39,305 bases of DNA from a virus. Both the position numbers and the translations under genes were made by a program. The notes beneath the pieces were generated by a model, which was not told the DNA's origin, searched no databases, and was given only the letters and a program-made list of their open reading frames with translations. Positions 21,922-31,439 of this stretch are shown here, in pieces; positions within the stretch are counted from its first letter, which is position 1, and the number at the start of each line of letters is the position of its first letter. Where the stretch lies: IMG/VR virus record IMGVR_UViG_3300045988_122505, positions 1-39,305 of that record. One strand, written 5' to 3'.

Positions 21922-24900
21922 ATTTGCGGATCAACCTCCCCAAGTCACGGTCGCCGACCGTCGAATCATCGGACGCGGCGCTGATAATCGCGCCAAGATC
22001 GTTGTGCAGACTTGTGATCGCAGCAACGACGGCACGCGTATCCACCTGCACGGAAACGTCCGGCATGCTGTGACTTGTCATGAACGCCTCGCGAGGCACG
22101 CGCATCTCGTTGATGGCGCGCATGGTCTCAAGCCCGTAATAGTCGACAGCGGCAGCCCTGTGCGTGTACTCGCCCGCGGCGAGACGAGCGTTGAGCAGGC
22201 AGACGCTGTCGCTCAAACCATTGCCGGGAGCCCACGCGGGGTCCACATAACCTGAGAACATGCCACCTCCGGCGAAATGCTGGAACGTGCCGTCGGTGAA
22301 CATGCCGCCCGTGTATCCGCCGTCCTTCTTCGTGTGTTCCGTCACGGTGAATGACTTGTCGGCGATTTTGAAGTTGTTGATGGACTGGAGCGCCGGCGTG
22401 GCCTGATCGTTGACCGAGGCTGTGGCCTTCTTGTCCTTGAGCTTCTTCGCGTTGACGGCATCTACCTTCGGTCCGGCCTTGTCGGTCGAATCGAGGGTGT
22501 TCTTCTTGTTGTTGAGCCTCTTCGCGTTCGCGGCGTTCGTCTTCGGCGTTGCCCTGTCGGTGGAGTCCAAGGTGTTGCGCTTGTTTGACAGTTTCTTCGC
22601 GTTGGCCTTGTCTACCTTCGGCGAGGCGTTGTCTTTCGCGTCGAGTCTGGCTGTGGCTTTCTTGCCGTTGAGCTTTCCGATGTTCTTGGAGGCGGTGTTC
22701 GCCTTCTTGGATGCCTTGTCGGTCGCATCCAGTGTGGCCTTGACGTGGGTCTTGTTGAAGGCCTGCATCATCTTCTGCGCCTTCTTGGCGCTGGCCGTGG
22801 CCTTCTTCGCGTCGGCGTCGAGCTTGGCCTTCGCTATCTTCTTGCCGAATTTGTCGAGGTTGGTCTCGGAATCCTTGGTCTTCTTCTTGGCCTTGGAATC
22901 GTCAACATCAAGCTTCGCCTTGTTGTTGTCGGCGGTCTTCTTGATGTTGTCGATGGAAGCCTTGATTCTGTCCGAACTCAGACCCCAACGGTCTGCCAAG
23001 GCGTTAGCGGCCTGTTCGCTCATGCCCGAGGCTTCGGCCTGCCGGATGATCGCGTCACGAGCATCCTGCAGCACGCCGTTCGCACGCTCGATCTCACCGC
23101 TACTGAAACCGGTGCTCTCGCCCTGCTTGAGAATCTTCTCCGCAGCGTTCTGGGCGCTGCTGGCGATGTCCTCCAAAGCCTGCTTAGTCTTGGTGCCCTT
23201 CTCGGAAAACCTGTCAAGCAGATTCCCGCTCTGGTCGAACACCACACCATTATCCTTGCAGGTGTCGGACAGTTCACCGATCTTCTGATTCAGCTGGTCG
23301 ACAGCCTGATCTGCAGTCAGGTTGCCGGACTCCAGGCCGAACAGAGACTTCACGAGGTCGTCGATTTCATCCGACGCGTCCGAAGCGGAAGAGCCAAGCT
23401 CCTTGTTCGCATTGGCAGCTTCCTTCGCTGCCGATGCGGACTTGCCATCCGCATCCACGGCGTTCTTGGTTGCGGCGGTCTTCTGCTTGGTCTGCTCCTT
23501 GGCTTCCTGATATGCCTTGGCCTCGTCCTTGATGCTGTCGCGCATCTTCTGGGCCACGGCCATCTGCGAATGGCCCTGTTTGCCGTATTCCTTCAGCGCG
23601 GCGTTGACCTTATCGGTCGCGGCCTTGTTGCCCATGGCGGCGCTGGTCATGTCGGTCAGGCTGATTTTCGCCTCGCCCATCCAGTGCGTCATGTCCGCGC
23701 CGGCGAAATTCATCTTCTGATAGGCGGAGGCGATTGTTTCGCTGATGTTGCTGCCGGATTCCAGAGCCGACTGCAATTGCTCGGCGGCTTCCTTGGCCTT
23801 CTGCTGGTGGCTGATGAACGCCGATAACGCCGCTCCGGCCACCGTCAGCGCGATACCCCACGGGCCGCCAAGCAGGCTCATGACACTGCTGCCGATCGCC
23901 TTGAAACCAGCGGTCTTCAACTCGGCCTTGCCGGCGGAGGTCCCGAAAGCATCAATCTGTTCGGAAGCGCTTATCGAAGATGCCTTGAACATCTGGAATG
24001 CGGTCTGCGCGGATGCGAGCGCCGTCTTGACGCGTTGAATCGGATCAATCGCCAGACCGATGTTGTTGGCCATGGTGCTGGTGCTGCCGTTGAGATTGCC
24101 CGCGGCCTTATGCACCGCGCCGAACACACCGGCCAATGATGCCATGACCACGAGCGTCCGTTGCACGCCTGACGGCAAACCGGCGAACGCGTCAACCAGC
24201 GTATCCAACCCCTGCACCATCTTGCGCAAAGGCCCCTGAGCGCCCTCGCCAACGGAAATCATCAGAGACTCCATCGAACCGCCAAGATTCTCCAGATCAC
24301 CCTTGAGATTGTTGTTCTTCGCAGCCGCCTGCTCGGCGGCGTAGCCGCTTTCGGACACGGCCTTCGTCCACTTGTTGACACCGGACTCGCCCGCCTCGTA
24401 AAGATAATTCGCGGCCTTGATTGCATAGCTGCCGAAAATGGTCGCGTTCGCCTGGTTGCGCTGCTCGTCCGTCAGGCCCTTTTCGGCCTTCTGCAATTGC
24501 CCGGCGAACTTCGCCATGCCGACGAAATGATGTTGAGCGTCGTAGGCGCTGATGCCGAGTTCCTTCATCGTATTGGCGGCTTCGGTAGACGGCGCGGCCA
24601 GCTTCATCAGCATGCTGTTCAACTGGGTGCCGGCCTCAGCGCCGATGGTACCGTTCTGCGCGAACAGCGCAAGAACGCCGGTGGTCTCCTGCACGTTCAT
24701 GCCGAAACTATTCGCCTGCGCTCCGCAATTGTTCAACGCCTCGCCGAAATCGGAGACATTGCCGACTGCCTTGCCGGCGCCAGCGGCGAGCGTATTGGCC
24801 ACCTGCGAGGCCTGAGACCCCTTCAGGTGGAACATGCTCAACGCGTTGGCCATGTATTCGGCGGCATCCCCCACGGCCATTCCATCGGATGCGGCCAGAT

Positions 24901-25321
24901 TCAAAGCGCCAGACAAACCACCGGTGAGAATATCCGTGACGCTCATGCCGGCCTTGCCGAGATCATTGATCGCGTCGGCGGAGTCCGAAGCGGAATAAAC
25001 GGTCGATGCGCCTGCCTCGATGGCAGCGGCACGCAGTTGGTCCATTTGGGCGCTGGTCGCGCCGGTGTTCGCCTGGACGGTGCTCATCTGCCGGTCGAAG
25101 TCTGCGGCCATCTTCACCGCGGCCACGCCGAAAGCGGCCACGGCCAAACCTGCTGCGGTCATACCGCTGGCGATAAGCGCGGACTTGCGCCCGGTATTCT
25201 CCATGCCAGAAGCGACCGTTCTCGCGGTGCTTCCGGCACGGGTCATCGTCGCCTCATATGAGGCGGTGTCCGCCATCAACCGGATGACGATGTTCTTGTT
25301 CTCAGCCAAAGCATCCTCCAA
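21908..25321 (-). CDS. Tape measure protein (1137 aa)
   Basis: It is the longest ORF. It is Ala/Gly/Lys-rich with TM-like segments and follows the G/G-T chaperone pair. Confidence 0.9.
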   Translation of the reverse strand: MEDALAENKNIVIRLMADTASYEATMTRAGSTARTVASGMENTGRKSALIASGMTAAGLAVAAFGVAAVKMAADFDRQMSTVQANTGATSAQMDQLRAAAIEAGASTVYSASDSADAINDLGKAGMSVTDILTGGLSGALNLAASDGMAVGDAAEYMANALSMFHLKGSQASQVANTLAAGAGKAVGNVSDFGEALNNCGAQANSFGMNVQETTGVLALFAQNGTIGAEAGTQLNSMLMKLAAPSTEAANTMKELGISAYDAQHHFVGMAKFAGQLQKAEKGLTDEQRNQANATIFGSYAIKAANYLYEAGESGVNKWTKAVSESGYAAEQAAAKNNNLKGDLENLGGSMESLMISVGEGAQGPLRKMVQGLDTLVDAFAGLPSGVQRTLVVMASLAGVFGAVHKAAGNLNGSTSTMANNIGLAIDPIQRVKTALASAQTAFQMFKASSISASEQIDAFGTSAGKAELKTAGFKAIGSSVMSLLGGPWGIALTVAGAALSAFISHQQKAKEAAEQLQSALESGSNISETIASAYQKMNFAGADMTHWMGEAKISLTDMTSAAMGNKAATDKVNAALKEYGKQGHSQMAVAQKMRDSIKDEAKAYQEAKEQTKQKTAATKNAVDADGKSASAAKEAANANKELGSSASDASDEIDDLVKSLFGLESGNLTADQAVDQLNQKIGELSDTCKDNGVVFDQSGNLLDRFSEKGTKTKQALEDIASSAQNAAEKILKQGESTGFSSGEIERANGVLQDARDAIIRQAEASGMSEQAANALADRWGLSSDRIKASIDNIKKTADNNKAKLDVDDSKAKKKTKDSETNLDKFGKKIAKAKLDADAKKATASAKKAQKMMQAFNKTHVKATLDATDKASKKANTASKNIGKLNGKKATARLDAKDNASPKVDKANAKKLSNKRNTLDSTDRATPKTNAANAKRLNNKKNTLDSTDKAGPKVDAVNAKKLKDKKATASVNDQATPALQSINNFKIADKSFTVTEHTKKDGGYTGGMFTDGTFQHFAGGGMFSGYVDPAWAPGNGLSDSVCLLNARLAAGEYTHRAAAVDYYGLETMRAINEMRVPREAFMTSHSMPDVSVQVDTRAVVAAITSLHNDLGAIISAASDDSTVGDRDLGRLIRKYARA
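22400..22760 (-). repeat. Diverged ~75-bp (25-aa) tandem repeats inside the tape measure gene
   Basis: Repeating protein units ...KKATARLDAKDNASPKVDKANAKKLSN / KRNTLDSTDRATPKTNAANAKRLNN / KKNTLDSTDKAGPKVDAVNAKKLKD... Boundaries are approximate. Confidence 0.6.
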
Positions 25322-25327
25322 AAAACG

Positions 25328-26163
25328 TCAATAGGTCAGGTGCGCGGTCAGCGCGTTCGCAGCCGGATTGTCCCTGCCGTTGTTGTCAGTCCACCGTTTC
25401 ATGGCCTGCTGCATGTGCGCAGTGGCCCAGCAAACACTGGTTTCAGCATGCATGGTGAGCTCGGATTTCGGATCCTGACAGATGTCGCGCGGCAAACCGC
25501 ACATCGGACACAACGACCGTTCGTATTCAGCCAGCGACCGCATCCAATTACGCTCCGTCTCATCCCACTCGACCTCATCGCCCTCACTCGGGCGCCAGCC
25601 CAGGAAACGTTTGTAGCTGATGCCGAGCTGGCGGCAGATCTTAAGATCCTCGACTAGTTGCGGAGAACCTGCGAGGCGAGGTCGAATGCCGCTTTTGGGT
25701 CCGCTGCGGTGCCGTTCAGTTCGGCGATGGCCTGCCAGAGCGGCGTGAACTGCCCATCGGTCAATTCGTCGAACAGATTACGGAACGCCTGCTCGCTCCT
25801 GTCCTCGTCGGCCACCGGCTTGCCGCCGATGGTCGCGGAATCAAGCATGAGCGGCAATGCCGCCGCGGCGGTGCCGAACATGTCGTTGGTGCCGTTCTCA
25901 TTGCGGTGCGCGGCCAATACCTGCGCCCACTTGCTCACCGGCAGTGCTCGCAGCGTGAGCTTCAATGTCTCCGCATCGGCCTGTTCGCGCAGCTCTTCGA
26001 TGCGCCGCGCGGTGGCCTTCGCCTGCCGGTTCGTACCGGCCTCCGTGACTTGCTCGCGCGTGGTCTCCTCGGCCAGCGCATCACCCAATCTGGCGATGTC
26101 CTCGGCGGTCTGCTGGTTGAGGATGATGTCGACCTCGCGCGTGCGTCTAGTGACTTTAAGCAT
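25328..26163 (-). CDS. Tail assembly chaperone G-T fusion made by -1 programmed frameshift (about 279 aa)
   Basis: C-CCA-AAA is in the zero frame at codons 156-157 (25699-25693). The -1 frame is open from there to 25328 and is the frame of track ORF 25328..25543. Confidence 0.7.
25654..26163 (-). CDS. Tail assembly chaperone (gpG-like), 169 aa
   Basis: It sits between the major tail and tape measure genes and contains the slippery heptamer near its 3' end. Confidence 0.75.
   Translation of the reverse strand: MLKVTRRTREVDIILNQQTAEDIARLGDALAEETTREQVTEAGTNRQAKATARRIEELREQADAETLKLTLRALPVSKWAQVLAAHRNENGTNDMFGTAAAALPLMLDSATIGGKPVADEDRSEQAFRNLFDELTDGQFTPLWQAIAELNGTAADPKAAFDLASQVLRN
25693..25699 (-). 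promoter_or_regulatory. -1 ribosomal frameshift slippery heptamer CCCAAAA
   Basis: X-XXY-YYZ pattern in the correct phase ((26163-25698)/3 = 155). Confidence 0.7.
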
Positions 26164-26199
26164 TGTTGTTCCTTCGCTCTAAGATTCGTGCTCCTTTAC

Positions 26200-26255
26200 C
26201 GGAAAAAAGAAAAGAGGGTCCCGCACCGGCGAAAGGGACGAAAGTCCGGTGCGGG
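26200..26255 (-). terminator. Rho-independent terminator after the major tail gene
   Basis: A 10-bp stem, CCCGCACCGG (26220-26229) with CCGGTGCGGG (26246-26255), is followed on the minus strand by CTCTTTTCTTTTTTCC. Confidence 0.65.
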
Positions 26256-26264
26256 AAGAATCAA

Positions 26265-26783
26265 TCAGGCGACCTTCACGTTCTCCGCCCAGCCGGGAGC
26301 TTGGACGAAGAAATGGATCTTGCTGCGCAGCACGCTGTTCGCGGCGATCGCCGTCTTTGCGCTCATGCCGATACGGACCGCATACACGTTCACCGTATCG
26401 CCAGCAGCAAAAGTGGAATCGGTCGGCTTGCCGTAACGTCGCACGAAATAGCCTTCCGCGCCCTCGGTCAACGTCTCCATGGCCGCGTTCTGCTGGGAAT
26501 GCGAAGTGTTGGTATTGTCGATGACCTCGACGCTCGGGCCGCTGATCTTCTTGTGTCCGGGATTCTCGTAATCCTGCGCGCTGTTCTCACGCTGGTCGGA
26601 GATGGAATCCTGCGACGGCGAGCACGACCAACCGCCCAAAGTGACGTAGTTGCTCAGGTCTGTGCCGGCGCCGATCTCGTCCGCGGTCGGCTTCTGGATG
26701 TTTTCGATGGTCGGCACCCAGATCGTGTTGACCAGACCATCGGCTGGCGTGGAAGGAACTTCGGTTCCCAGAGTCAAAACCAT
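26265..26783 (-). CDS. Major tail protein (172 aa)
   Basis: Position and size fit, and it is followed by a terminator. Confidence 0.75.
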   Translation of the reverse strand: MVLTLGTEVPSTPADGLVNTIWVPTIENIQKPTADEIGAGTDLSNYVTLGGWSCSPSQDSISDQRENSAQDYENPGHKKISGPSVEVIDNTNTSHSQQNAAMETLTEGAEGYFVRRYGKPTDSTFAAGDTVNVYAVRIGMSAKTAIAANSVLRSKIHFFVQAPGWAENVKVA

Positions 26784-26809
26784 GACTCCTCCTTAATATT
26801 TTTTGGTGG

Positions 26810-27226
26810 TCACATGCGTGACCAGTTGAATTTGAAAGTCAGAAGACGGCACTGGTAAAGCAGCGCCGTATCCTCTGCGGTGAGTCCGGCCGCATAAGCG
26901 CCGGAATCGGAGAACAACGTCAGACATCCGGTGTCGAAGCCCTGCGCGACGAACCGTTTGCCGGCCAAGGCTGGAATCATGAGGTCATCGGCCAGCACGT
27001 TGACGGAATCGGTGGTGGTGCTCACAATGCGCACCAGCAGAGTGCCGATGCCGCAATGCACGTGTTGCGTCTCCCCGACTATGTGGCCGTTCGTGGTGAC
27101 GGTCTCGATAATCCACGGTGGCTTGTCGGTCGGTTTCGGCGCGGTCTGCCGGTACACCTTCCAACCTTCAGCCGGTTTCGGCACATGGTCGAGAATCGTG
27201 TTCGACAAGGTCATTATCGACTGCAC
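26810..27226 (-). CDS. Tail terminator / tail-completion protein (138 aa)
   Basis: Call rests on synteny between the HK97 gp10-like and major tail genes. Confidence 0.55.
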   Translation of the reverse strand: MQSIMTLSNTILDHVPKPAEGWKVYRQTAPKPTDKPPWIIETVTTNGHIVGETQHVHCGIGTLLVRIVSTTTDSVNVLADDLMIPALAGKRFVAQGFDTGCLTLFSDSGAYAAGLTAEDTALLYQCRLLTFKFNWSRM

Positions 27227-27639
27227 TAGAATCCCTCCACTGCGGCACGCGCCACGTATTCCGCGAGCTTCGGAAGCTCTTCCTCGCCATGCTCGTAGAA
27301 CCGGTGCGTTCCACCGCCCCTCGCCGTTCCACCGCCCCTCGCCGTTCCACCGCCCCTCGCCGTTCCGAAGAACGCGATGTTGGCAAGCGAACCCGCTCCG
27401 CCTTTGGTGGGGCCTATCTCGGCGGTGATGCGTCCAGCGGATTCCTGCAGCGTGTAGCTGATCGGGATACGGCGAAAAGCCCTGTTGCCGGAGCCCTTCA
27501 GATCATCTCGAATCGAGTTCTTGACGTTCTGCGCGCCCTTCTTCACCGAAGCGGAGATCAAAGCGCGGCGAGCTACGCCCTTGGCGAGCAACGCGTCTCC
27601 GAAGGCCATCAGCTCGGATGCGTCGAACAGTCCACTCAT
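27226..27639 (-). CDS. HK97 gp10-family head-tail connector protein (137 aa)
   Basis: The N-terminus is gp10-like (FGDALLAKGVARRALISASVKKGAQNVKNSIRDDL), and synteny agrees. Confidence 0.6.
   Translation of the reverse strand: MSGLFDASELMAFGDALLAKGVARRALISASVKKGAQNVKNSIRDDLKGSGNRAFRRIPISYTLQESAGRITAEIGPTKGGAGSLANIAFFGTARGGGTARGGGTARGGGTHRFYEHGEEELPKLAEYVARAAVEGF
27308..27366 (-). repeat. In-frame 18-bp tandem repeat, 3 full copies plus 5 nt (encodes GTARGG x3)
   Basis: GTTCCACCGCCCCTCGCC is repeated exactly three times on the plus strand. Confidence 0.9.
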
Positions 27640-28049
27640 GAGTCCTCCTTCGCGTTCCAGCGGCAGGCTGTGGCGTGCGTCTTCTCGCTTTGAGGTGAGA
27701 CGAGACGGAGCCGTCTGCCTTTGAGCAGCGGGTTAGCGGATTCGGTGATCTCCGCGACGTCACCGGCGCGAAGGCCATCGGTATCGAACGGGAAATGCAT
27801 GTACAGCGACCAGACGAGGCTGACGGCGCCCATGTTCTGGGCGGCGCTTCCCTCGGTCTGTTCGCTGGCGAGACCGCCGGACGTCTGCACTTTGCATCGG
27901 CCTTCGTACACTTTCTCCGTGCCGGTGTCCGGCAGTCCCGTGTCCGGATCCGTCACGGATACGCCTGGGCGCGTGACGATGCACCGGTCGGTCATCAGGC
28001 ATTCCGCGTTGGCTCTGGCCTTTGCGAGAAAGGATGCGCTGATTCTCAT
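27636..28049 (-). CDS. Head-tail adaptor / head-closure protein (137 aa)
   Basis: Synteny, plus a DRCIVTRPG...YEGRCKVQ pattern typical of head-tail joining proteins. Confidence 0.6.
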   Translation of the reverse strand: MRISASFLAKARANAECLMTDRCIVTRPGVSVTDPDTGLPDTGTEKVYEGRCKVQTSGGLASEQTEGSAAQNMGAVSLVWSLYMHFPFDTDGLRAGDVAEITESANPLLKGRRLRLVSPQSEKTHATACRWNAKEDS

Positions 28050-28627
28050 CGGAACACTCCAATCGAACTGACGTTCGCACCGAAGCGATTGCGCAGGCTG
28101 CGTCTGGTCGCTTCCGGCAATTCGGTCGCGTCGATCTGGGTGCCATCATGCGTATATCCGACCTGCGCGTCATCAAGCCTCTCGTAGGCAATGCCGGAGT
28201 GGGCGCCGGGGCCACCATCCGCGAGCTGATGCAATCCGGCAGCGACATACGAGCAGACCAGTCTGACGATGTCCTCCGGCACGGGATCCCAGCCACCTCG
28301 GAAGGTGACCGTCACAGTCGACGGGATGCCGCCAAAGGGGCTCCACGGCTCCGCCCGGTAAAGCGATGAGCCGAAGAGCCTCCAGTCTTCAATCGGCCGA
28401 CCATCGACCAGTACTTTGGACACGGCTTGCACCGCCCTGCATGGCAGGTCAAGTTTCCTCGACTGTTCGCCGGGCAGGTCGACGGTCCATTCGCCCACGG
28501 TGATCGGACAGCCGGCAGCGTCGCGCACGGCGGCGGATACGGAGTCGAGCAGGCTGAGCGCGACGGTGTTGTCCGGCACGTCGATGCCGTACTTCCGCAG
28601 GTCCTGCAGTGTGGCCAAGGCGATCAT
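28046..28627 (-). CDS. Head-tail connector (gp6-like) protein (193 aa)
   Basis: The N-terminus is MIALATLQDLRKYGIDVP...LLDSVSAAVRD. It lies immediately after the capsid gene. Confidence 0.6.
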   Translation of the reverse strand: MIALATLQDLRKYGIDVPDNTVALSLLDSVSAAVRDAAGCPITVGEWTVDLPGEQSRKLDLPCRAVQAVSKVLVDGRPIEDWRLFGSSLYRAEPWSPFGGIPSTVTVTFRGGWDPVPEDIVRLVCSYVAAGLHQLADGGPGAHSGIAYERLDDAQVGYTHDGTQIDATELPEATRRSLRNRFGANVSSIGVFR

Positions 28628-28647
28628 GTCAGCCTCCGATCAGACGG

Positions 28648-29592
28648 TCACTTGCCCTTCTTGCCGGTGTCTGCCTTATCGGCATCATCACCAGCGGTGT
28701 CGGACGTTTCGTCCACGACGGCCTGAGTGGCATCCTGCATGGAACGACCGGTGGAGGTGGAGAGGTTCAGCGTGATCTTGGTCAGGCACTCGGGGCGGAT
28801 GACCTTGGCGCCGTACAGGTCGAGGCCGCGCACCATGTCGGCGAAGTCGGTCTGCATGCGCATAGCCTCGACGTTGCTGACCTGCTGTGCGAAGGTGACG
28901 GCAGCGTTGGTGCCGGCGAGAATGGACTGCGTGTCCGGGCTGGCGGACTTGTGCGGCACATTGTTGGACTTCACTACGGTGAAGCCGCGCACCTGGCCGA
29001 CCACGCCGTTGAGCAGCGTATTATGGCCCGCTTCTGTGCCTTCGATGAAGCGGGAGTCCTGCAGCAGCAAGGCGTAGAAGTCTGGGCTGACGACAAGCCA
29101 GCGGCCCTCGTCGGGCACGTTCTGCACGTCGAGCTTGCGTCCGGCTTCCACGACGGCGAGATATGCGTCTGCAGGGGTGCCGACGGACACGGTCTTCGCC
29201 GGGGTGTCGACGGCCGTGTCCATGAGATTGGAGATGTAGTTCTCCACGTTCTTCATCATGTTGTAGGCGGCGGAATTGGTGAACTTTCCAGTCATGTCCG
29301 CCTTGGCCTGAGCCTTGTCGAGGTCGTTGACCTTGAAGGCGAAATAGTCGGACTGATTGATTTCAAGAACGGCTGCTTCCTTGTCATTGACATCGTCGAC
29401 GGTGATCGCCTGGCCGCGGACGTACTTGTGCACAGTCACGTCGTCGTATCCGGTGATGTGTACGGTGTCGCCGGCCTCACGGATGTCGCCCTCATAATCG
29501 CGGTTGCACAGGCTCGGGAAGACGAGCTTCGCGCGCAGGGCTTCGAGGATGGCGGCGGACCATACCTCGGGAATGAAATTGGTGATTGCCAT
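28648..29592 (-). CDS. Major capsid protein (314 aa)
   Basis: MAITNFIPEVWSAAILEALRAKLVF... is a typical capsid N-terminus, and the gene follows the scaffold gene. Confidence 0.85.
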   Translation of the reverse strand: MAITNFIPEVWSAAILEALRAKLVFPSLCNRDYEGDIREAGDTVHITGYDDVTVHKYVRGQAITVDDVNDKEAAVLEINQSDYFAFKVNDLDKAQAKADMTGKFTNSAAYNMMKNVENYISNLMDTAVDTPAKTVSVGTPADAYLAVVEAGRKLDVQNVPDEGRWLVVSPDFYALLLQDSRFIEGTEAGHNTLLNGVVGQVRGFTVVKSNNVPHKSASPDTQSILAGTNAAVTFAQQVSNVEAMRMQTDFADMVRGLDLYGAKVIRPECLTKITLNLSTSTGRSMQDATQAVVDETSDTAGDDADKADTGKKGK

Positions 29593-29606
29593 TGCTGGTG
29601 GCCTCC

Positions 29607-30197
29607 TTACTTGCTGCGGCCTGCGAGCAGGTCATCCAGACGGCCCTTGCGGCGCGCCTCCTCGATCTGCTTCGGGGTCATGTTCTTCAGATCGTCCCTG
29701 GTAAGCTGTCCCGCCTGATGATCGCCATCACGGGCGCCTGACGGTGGGATGATTCCCGCCAGACCAGCCTTGTTCCCGCCTTGCGCGAGATACGGGTGTG
29801 CCGTGACCAGATCGTCGATTTTCTTGGAAATCACGTTCTGGTCGTATCCTCCCTGATCGTCAGCGGTCAGGTCGGAGAAATCGATAAGCTTCAACGCGTC
29901 GCCCGGATTGATAAGCTTGCCGGTCGCTGCTGCGGTGACATTCGCCTGGAGCACCTGCTTCTGCAGTCCGGCTATCGTGGCCTGCGCGGATTCGAATTCC
30001 TTGCCACGCTGCTCCCAGTCGGCGACCTGCTTCTCCAAGTCGTCCACGCGGTCGGCCTTCTCATAGGCAGCCTTGAGCTTCGCCTCTAGGTCGGTGTTGA
30101 CCTTCTTCTGGCCGAGGAACTTGTCGTGCCAGTCGACGTGCGGCTCCTGCGCGCCCGGATCGCCGGTGTTCGGATCCTGCTGCTGTCCATCGGACAT
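29607..30197 (-). CDS. Scaffolding protein (196 aa)
   Basis: Charged coiled-coil sequence located between the MuF-like and capsid genes. Confidence 0.75.
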   Translation of the reverse strand: MSDGQQQDPNTGDPGAQEPHVDWHDKFLGQKKVNTDLEAKLKAAYEKADRVDDLEKQVADWEQRGKEFESAQATIAGLQKQVLQANVTAAATGKLINPGDALKLIDFSDLTADDQGGYDQNVISKKIDDLVTAHPYLAQGGNKAGLAGIIPPSGARDGDHQAGQLTRDDLKNMTPKQIEEARRKGRLDDLLAGRSK

Positions 30198-30215
30198 GAT
30201 GATGTTTCCTTCCTT

Positions 30216-31439
30216 TTACTGGATGTATTTTTCGCCGTTGCTGGAAAGCCAGCGACGATACGAGTTCTCGGCCTTCGCCAGCACATCCGGCGTGACCGGA
30301 CTGCCTGGCTGATAGGGATTGTGGCCGTCCAAAGCGGCCTCGTAGCGGAGCCGCGCATTGAGCAGACGCTTCTGCGCCTCGGTCAGGTCCTCATGCCGTC
30401 CCTGACGGTATCCGTTGTCGTGCAGCCATTGGCTGCGGCGAAGCTCCGGCACCTGCTCGCGCCATTTGTCGGGCAGGATGTAGCCCTCGCGCTTCAGAAG
30501 TTCGATGGTCTGCTCGCGAGGGAGGTTGAAGCTGTAGATGCCTTCCGGCGTGAGCCTGCGCCTCTGGCGTTGGCCGTATTCGTATTTGCGGATCATGCGG
30601 CTCCACCCGTAGCGGCTGGTGCCTTCGGACGTTGTCATACTGATGTTGCCGCGTCCGACCGGCCGCATGCCTCGATGCGCGTTGACGACCTGGTAGATGT
30701 CGGCGCCGTCCCTGATGGCCTGCGCGTCGGCATGTCCGAAGACCTTGTCCTGCTCCGCCTCGCTCATGCCGTTGAAGCGGTCCATCGGCGATGTGATCCA
30801 GCCTTGTTTCTCGGCCTTGTCCTTGCCTTTGCAGGGGATGGTGCGACCGTGGCATTTCGGATGACGAAGGAAGTCGTTGTTGTGCCGGAAGTATTTTCCG
30901 GCGAGGATGGCGCATCGTGGGCAACAGTCGGGTGATTCGACGCGCACGTAGCCGACGCCGGAACGCTGGGTGATGCTGACGCCCATCGCGCTGATTGACG
31001 TGTCCTCGATGGCCTGCATGGCCATCTGGCGAAGCGTAGCACGACCTGCCATCATGGCATCGGATTCACCCATGCCTGACTTGATGGCCGACAAAGTGCG
31101 CGTCACCGGGATATCGAAATATGATTCGAGGTCGATGCCGCTCGGTGCGAAACCCGTCCCGAAGGCAAGGGGATTCGCAATACCGTCAGGGCGCACGTAG
31201 TCGCCCTGTTCGGCGAGCATCAACGTGGACGAGTCCATCGCGTCGCTCGCGGCGCGGGTCTGCAGTGTGGCGAAGAGCGTTAGGAAATCGGCGTTTGTCC
31301 GATTCCAGCTGTCACGCACCCGTCGCGGATCCACGCCCTTCCATGTTTTGTCCGCCGCCTTCACTGCCAGCAGGCAGAGTCGGGCCAGTGTGTTGCGGCT
31401 GTCCGACAGGCTCTCCAGAGTCACCGTCATCAGATGCAC
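30216..31439 (-). CDS. Head morphogenesis / MuF-like minor capsid protein (407 aa; start uncertain)
   Basis: CCPRCAILAGKYF...HPKCHGRTIPC is a MuF-type motif, and the gene follows the portal. The ATG at 31439 overlaps the portal ORF by 128 nt. Confidence 0.75.
   Translation of the reverse strand: MHLMTVTLESLSDSRNTLARLCLLAVKAADKTWKGVDPRRVRDSWNRTNADFLTLFATLQTRAASDAMDSSTLMLAEQGDYVRPDGIANPLAFGTGFAPSGIDLESYFDIPVTRTLSAIKSGMGESDAMMAGRATLRQMAMQAIEDTSISAMGVSITQRSGVGYVRVESPDCCPRCAILAGKYFRHNNDFLRHPKCHGRTIPCKGKDKAEKQGWITSPMDRFNGMSEAEQDKVFGHADAQAIRDGADIYQVVNAHRGMRPVGRGNISMTTSEGTSRYGWSRMIRKYEYGQRQRRRLTPEGIYSFNLPREQTIELLKREGYILPDKWREQVPELRRSQWLHDNGYRQGRHEDLTEAQKRLLNARLRYEAALDGHNPYQPGSPVTPDVLAKAENSYRRWLSSNGEKYIQ

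Noticed and set aside
27308-27366. CRISPR-like array
   Set aside because: The 18-bp units are directly abutting with no spacers and lie in frame inside a structural gene. No CRISPR array was seen anywhere in the window.
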